DNA of 64,000 bases from the NCBI RefSeq assembly GCF_009914755.1, contig NC_060933.1, one strand, 5' to 3'. A model generated the notes under the pieces. The model worked only from the letters and a program-made list of their open reading frames with translations, searched no databases and was not told the origin of the DNA. This stretch comes from the human T2T-CHM13v2.0 reference genome, Homo sapiens. Below are positions 60,630 to 64,000 of the stretch, in pieces. Position 1 is the first letter of the stretch, and each line of letters starts with the position of its first letter. A program made the position numbers and the translations under genes.

Positions 60630-61504
60630 ATGAGCCACCAAGATCTGTGTCCAGAAATGTCTGTATTTCATCATCCAAACGCTTTGTCCTTTTTGTCTAT
60701 GCTCAGACACATCACGATATTCTAGGTTAAGTAACTTCCTTCTACGTAATCTACCCAACCTTTGCAGCTTTCCTTTAAAATGTGTTTCATACTGGGCTTC
60801 CAGCATTTGCTTTGGGAATAAGGTATCACTGCTTTAAAAAAAAACCTGAAACGTTGTTAACCTAATAAAAATTGACTTTATAATTTCAAAGCAAACAAAA
60901 GCATATACATATTAAACTGGCTCTTACCTTACATTTTAGAGCTACTACTAACACAAAAAGCAGTCTCTTTGAAGAAGCTGAAATGATGAGTTCAAACATG
61001 ATACTATAACCAGGGGCACATTGTCTAGGAATTGATTGGTATTATATATACAAATGACTTGGCACACAGCCTCAATAGCCCCTCAATAAATGGCAACAGA
61101 TATCACTACTGATAATGCATCATTGGGCATTATTTGCACTATATGTGCAAAATCAACATTTAGTTGGGCTTCTTAGATAAAGTAACAGAAAACCAGTTCT
61201 GACATTAAGTGAAAAGGAATTTATTGAAAGTATATTGAATAACACAGAGAATGGCCAGGGAGGCTACCAGTTCAGGCTTAGAAAAAAGACAGGAAGGAAA
61301 AGACCAGCAAGGCCAGGAGTGCAAAGACCATTACACCACAAAATCAGTCTAAGACAAAAGGATTAGAAATGAGGAAGTTAAATTATCTCCATTTGCAGAT
61401 ATAATTGTATATCCAAAAAAAAAAATCAACTGAAAACTTACTATAAACAATAAAAGAATTCAGAAAGGGGCCAGGCACGGTGGCTCACACTGTAATCCCA
61501 GCTG

Positions 61505-62590
61505 TTTTTGTATTTTATTTTTGTTTTTTGTATGTCACCTTTTTTTCTATAAAATTGTTTGGACCATGCAGCAGTGCCAGTCTCTCTCAACCTGTTTTGA
61601 TTTGGGGAGCTGTGAATTGTTTTTTGTTTAACTTTGTTAAATTTAATCTGTCTAAATTTTGCTTTATTTTTGAAAGCTGGCAAATGAGAATTCCTGATGA
61701 AAGCTCTAAGACCTGCTGTGTCTATGTGTCTATATTTCTATAACTCAATATGTGTTACATGTATGTGATAATATTTGGGAAATGAAGCTAGTTTTAAAAT
61801 AGTTGGTAAAATAAAATAATAATGACTTCAGAATTGTCAGTTCAATATAATTCAGACATTTTCTCCTGGATATATTCATCAGACAGGTTTATAATGTGTC
61901 TACTACATGTTTTAAGGTCATAACGTGGCTTCTTTGATTTTTGATACTTATTGGTTTGTCTGTAAGCTTTTGGTTTTGCTTTTGAATCTCTGGATTCTTT
62001 TGTTGGGACAGGTAGCTGTGGTAAGGGTTGGGGACATGTTCTTAGCAACTTGACCACCAGTTATAAGGCAGTCAAGCCCACTATAACCACTTCCTACCTG
62101 TTCCAGTTTTGCCCCCTGGCTATGTTAGAAGGGGTTGGATCCTCCAGGCATTGTCTTCACAGTTATCTTCTATCCTGAGCCTACCCCTGGTATGTAAGTT
62201 CAGGAACCAGATGGGCCCTGCCTTTCATAGCCCTTCTAAGTACCACATGCCTACTTAAGACCGAGGAAAGACGTTAGCGAAGATACCTGTGTCATAGTTT
62301 GAGTAATTAAAAATCTTAAAATCCTTGTTAAGTAAAGTAATAGATAATCATAAAATGGCTGAGTCACTTCTAAGTCACTTAAAATATTGAACAGTAATTA
62401 TTAAACAAATTTAAATTTATGTACTTTGACATCTTATGGTATTTAAAAGCTAAATATATTTAGAACTGGTAAACAAAAATGTGAGAAAACAAATCTTTCT
62501 AAAAATTATAAAATGTTTTCATCTATAAACACTGATATAAAACTGCTCAAACTTCCTAAGTTTTCACTAGAAGTTAGGGTTACTAAGATA
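61505..62590 (+). mobile_element. ERV1 (MER4-group-like) LTR end and internal fragment
   Basis: ttggaccatgc...ttaactttgttaaatttaatctgtctaaa resembles a MER4/LTR8-type LTR 3' end; the following AT-rich internal-like sequence is less certain. Confidence 0.55.
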
Positions 62591-63380
62591 AGCACTTCTC
62601 AACAGAAGACATACACATGGCCAACATCAATAATCATTAGAGAAATGCAAATCAAAACTGCAATGAGATCACATCTCACATCAGTCAGAATGGCTACTAC
62701 AAAGTAAAAAAATAACAGATGCTGGTGAGGTTGTGGAAAAAAGAGAGTGCTTATAAATTACGGGTGGGAATGTAAATTAGTTCAGCCACTATGGAAAGCA
62801 GTTTGCAGATATCTCAAAGAACTTAAAATAGAACTACCATTCAACCTAGCAATCCCATCACTGGGTATATACCCGAAGGGAAATGAATCATTCTACCAAA
62901 ATGATACATACACACATATGTTCATCACAGTACTATTCACAATAGCAAAGGCATGGAATCAATCTAGATGCCCATCGACAGTGGATTGAATAAAGAAAAT
63001 GTGGTATATATACATGAAGAAATACTATGCAGCCAGTAAAAAGAATGAAATCATATCCTTTACAGCAACATGGATGCAGCTGGAGACCATTATCATAAGC
63101 AAATTAATGCAGGAACAGAAAACTGAATCCTGCACGTACTCACTTATAAGTGGGAGATAAACATTGAGTACACGTGGATACAAAAAGGGGAACAATAGAC
63201 ACTGGGGTTTACTAGAGGGTGGAGGGTGGGAGATTGGAAAACTACCTACTGGGCACCATGCTTACTACCTGGGTGACAAAATGATTTCTACACCAAACCC
63301 CAGTGACATGCAATTTACCCATGTAACAAACCTGAACATGTACCCTCTGAAATGAGAAAAGTTGGAAGGAAAAAATAAAA
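62590..63380 (+). mobile_element. L1 (L1PB / old L1PA) ORF2 end and 3'UTR
   Basis: GWECKLVQPLWKAV..YLKELKIELPF (ORF2 C-terminal), L1 3'UTR and A tail. Confidence 0.9.
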
Positions 63381-63440
63381 GAAATTAAGGTTACTAAGAG
63401 TATACTAATTCTATATACAGAGTGTATAAGGAAAAGCAAG

Positions 63441-63742
63441 GGCTGGGTGTGGTGGCTCATGCCTGTAATCCCAGCACTTTGGGAGGCTGAAGTGGGAGGA
63501 TTGCTTGAGCCCAGAAATTCAAGACCAGCCTGAGCAACATGGCAAAAACCTGTCTCTACAAAAATTCAAAAATTAGCCAGGTGTGGTGGCATGTGCCTGT
63601 AGTCCCAGCTATTCCAGAGGCTGAGGTGGGAGGATTGCTTGAGCCTAGAAGGCTGAGGTTACAGTGAACCATGATCATGCCACTACCCTCCAGCCTGGGT
63701 GACACAGCAAGACTTTGTCTCAAAAAAAATAATAATAATAAA
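63441..63742 (+). mobile_element. Alu (AluJ-like)
   Basis: Full dimer. Confidence 0.93.
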
Positions 63743-64000
63743 GGAAAAGATAGATGGGCTTTTAGTGAAAAACTTTGTAAAAACATGAAAATGGCCTTGG
63801 ATGATGGGTACTACAAAAGCCCAGACTTCACCACTGTACAATTCATCCATGTACCCCAAAACCACTTGTACCCCTAAAGCTATTGAAATAAGAGACATAA
63901 AAATGTATGTTTATTGAGAAAAAGATAATTTCATCTCACTTAATAGTTACTTAAAGATTATTTCAAATTAAAAAAATTTAAAAGATATGATAAAGCTAAA

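Overview
Primate genomic DNA, almost certainly human and matching the INVS/TEX10 locus (9q31 from recall). The + strand carries the last three coding exons and 3'UTR of INVS (inversin/NPHP2). The - strand carries the complete TEX10 gene (Ipi1 homologue of the PELP1-TEX10-WDR18 rixosome): a CpG-island promoter with non-coding exon 1 at ~56.4-56.6 kb and 14 coding exons. I delimited these by GT-AG sites and phase; they sum to 2790 nt = 929 aa + stop. The two genes converge tail-to-tail, and their poly(A) signals predict a ~100-nt 3' overlap. The rest is typical repeat-rich intron/intergenic DNA (Alu, L1, L2, MaLR/ERV LTRs, hAT and Tc1/mariner fossils). I found no convincing new protein-coding system, RNA gene or foreign insert. 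The best leads are regulatory: a candidate in-frame poison exon in TEX10 intron 12, a TAGTAG tandem acceptor before the TEX10 ATG, a candidate uORF cassette exon, an unexplained 26-bp direct repeat flanking an INVS exon next to an RFX X-box, and a MADE1 hairpin with symmetric arms. Repeat subfamily names come from recalled consensus sequences and repeat boundaries are approximate.
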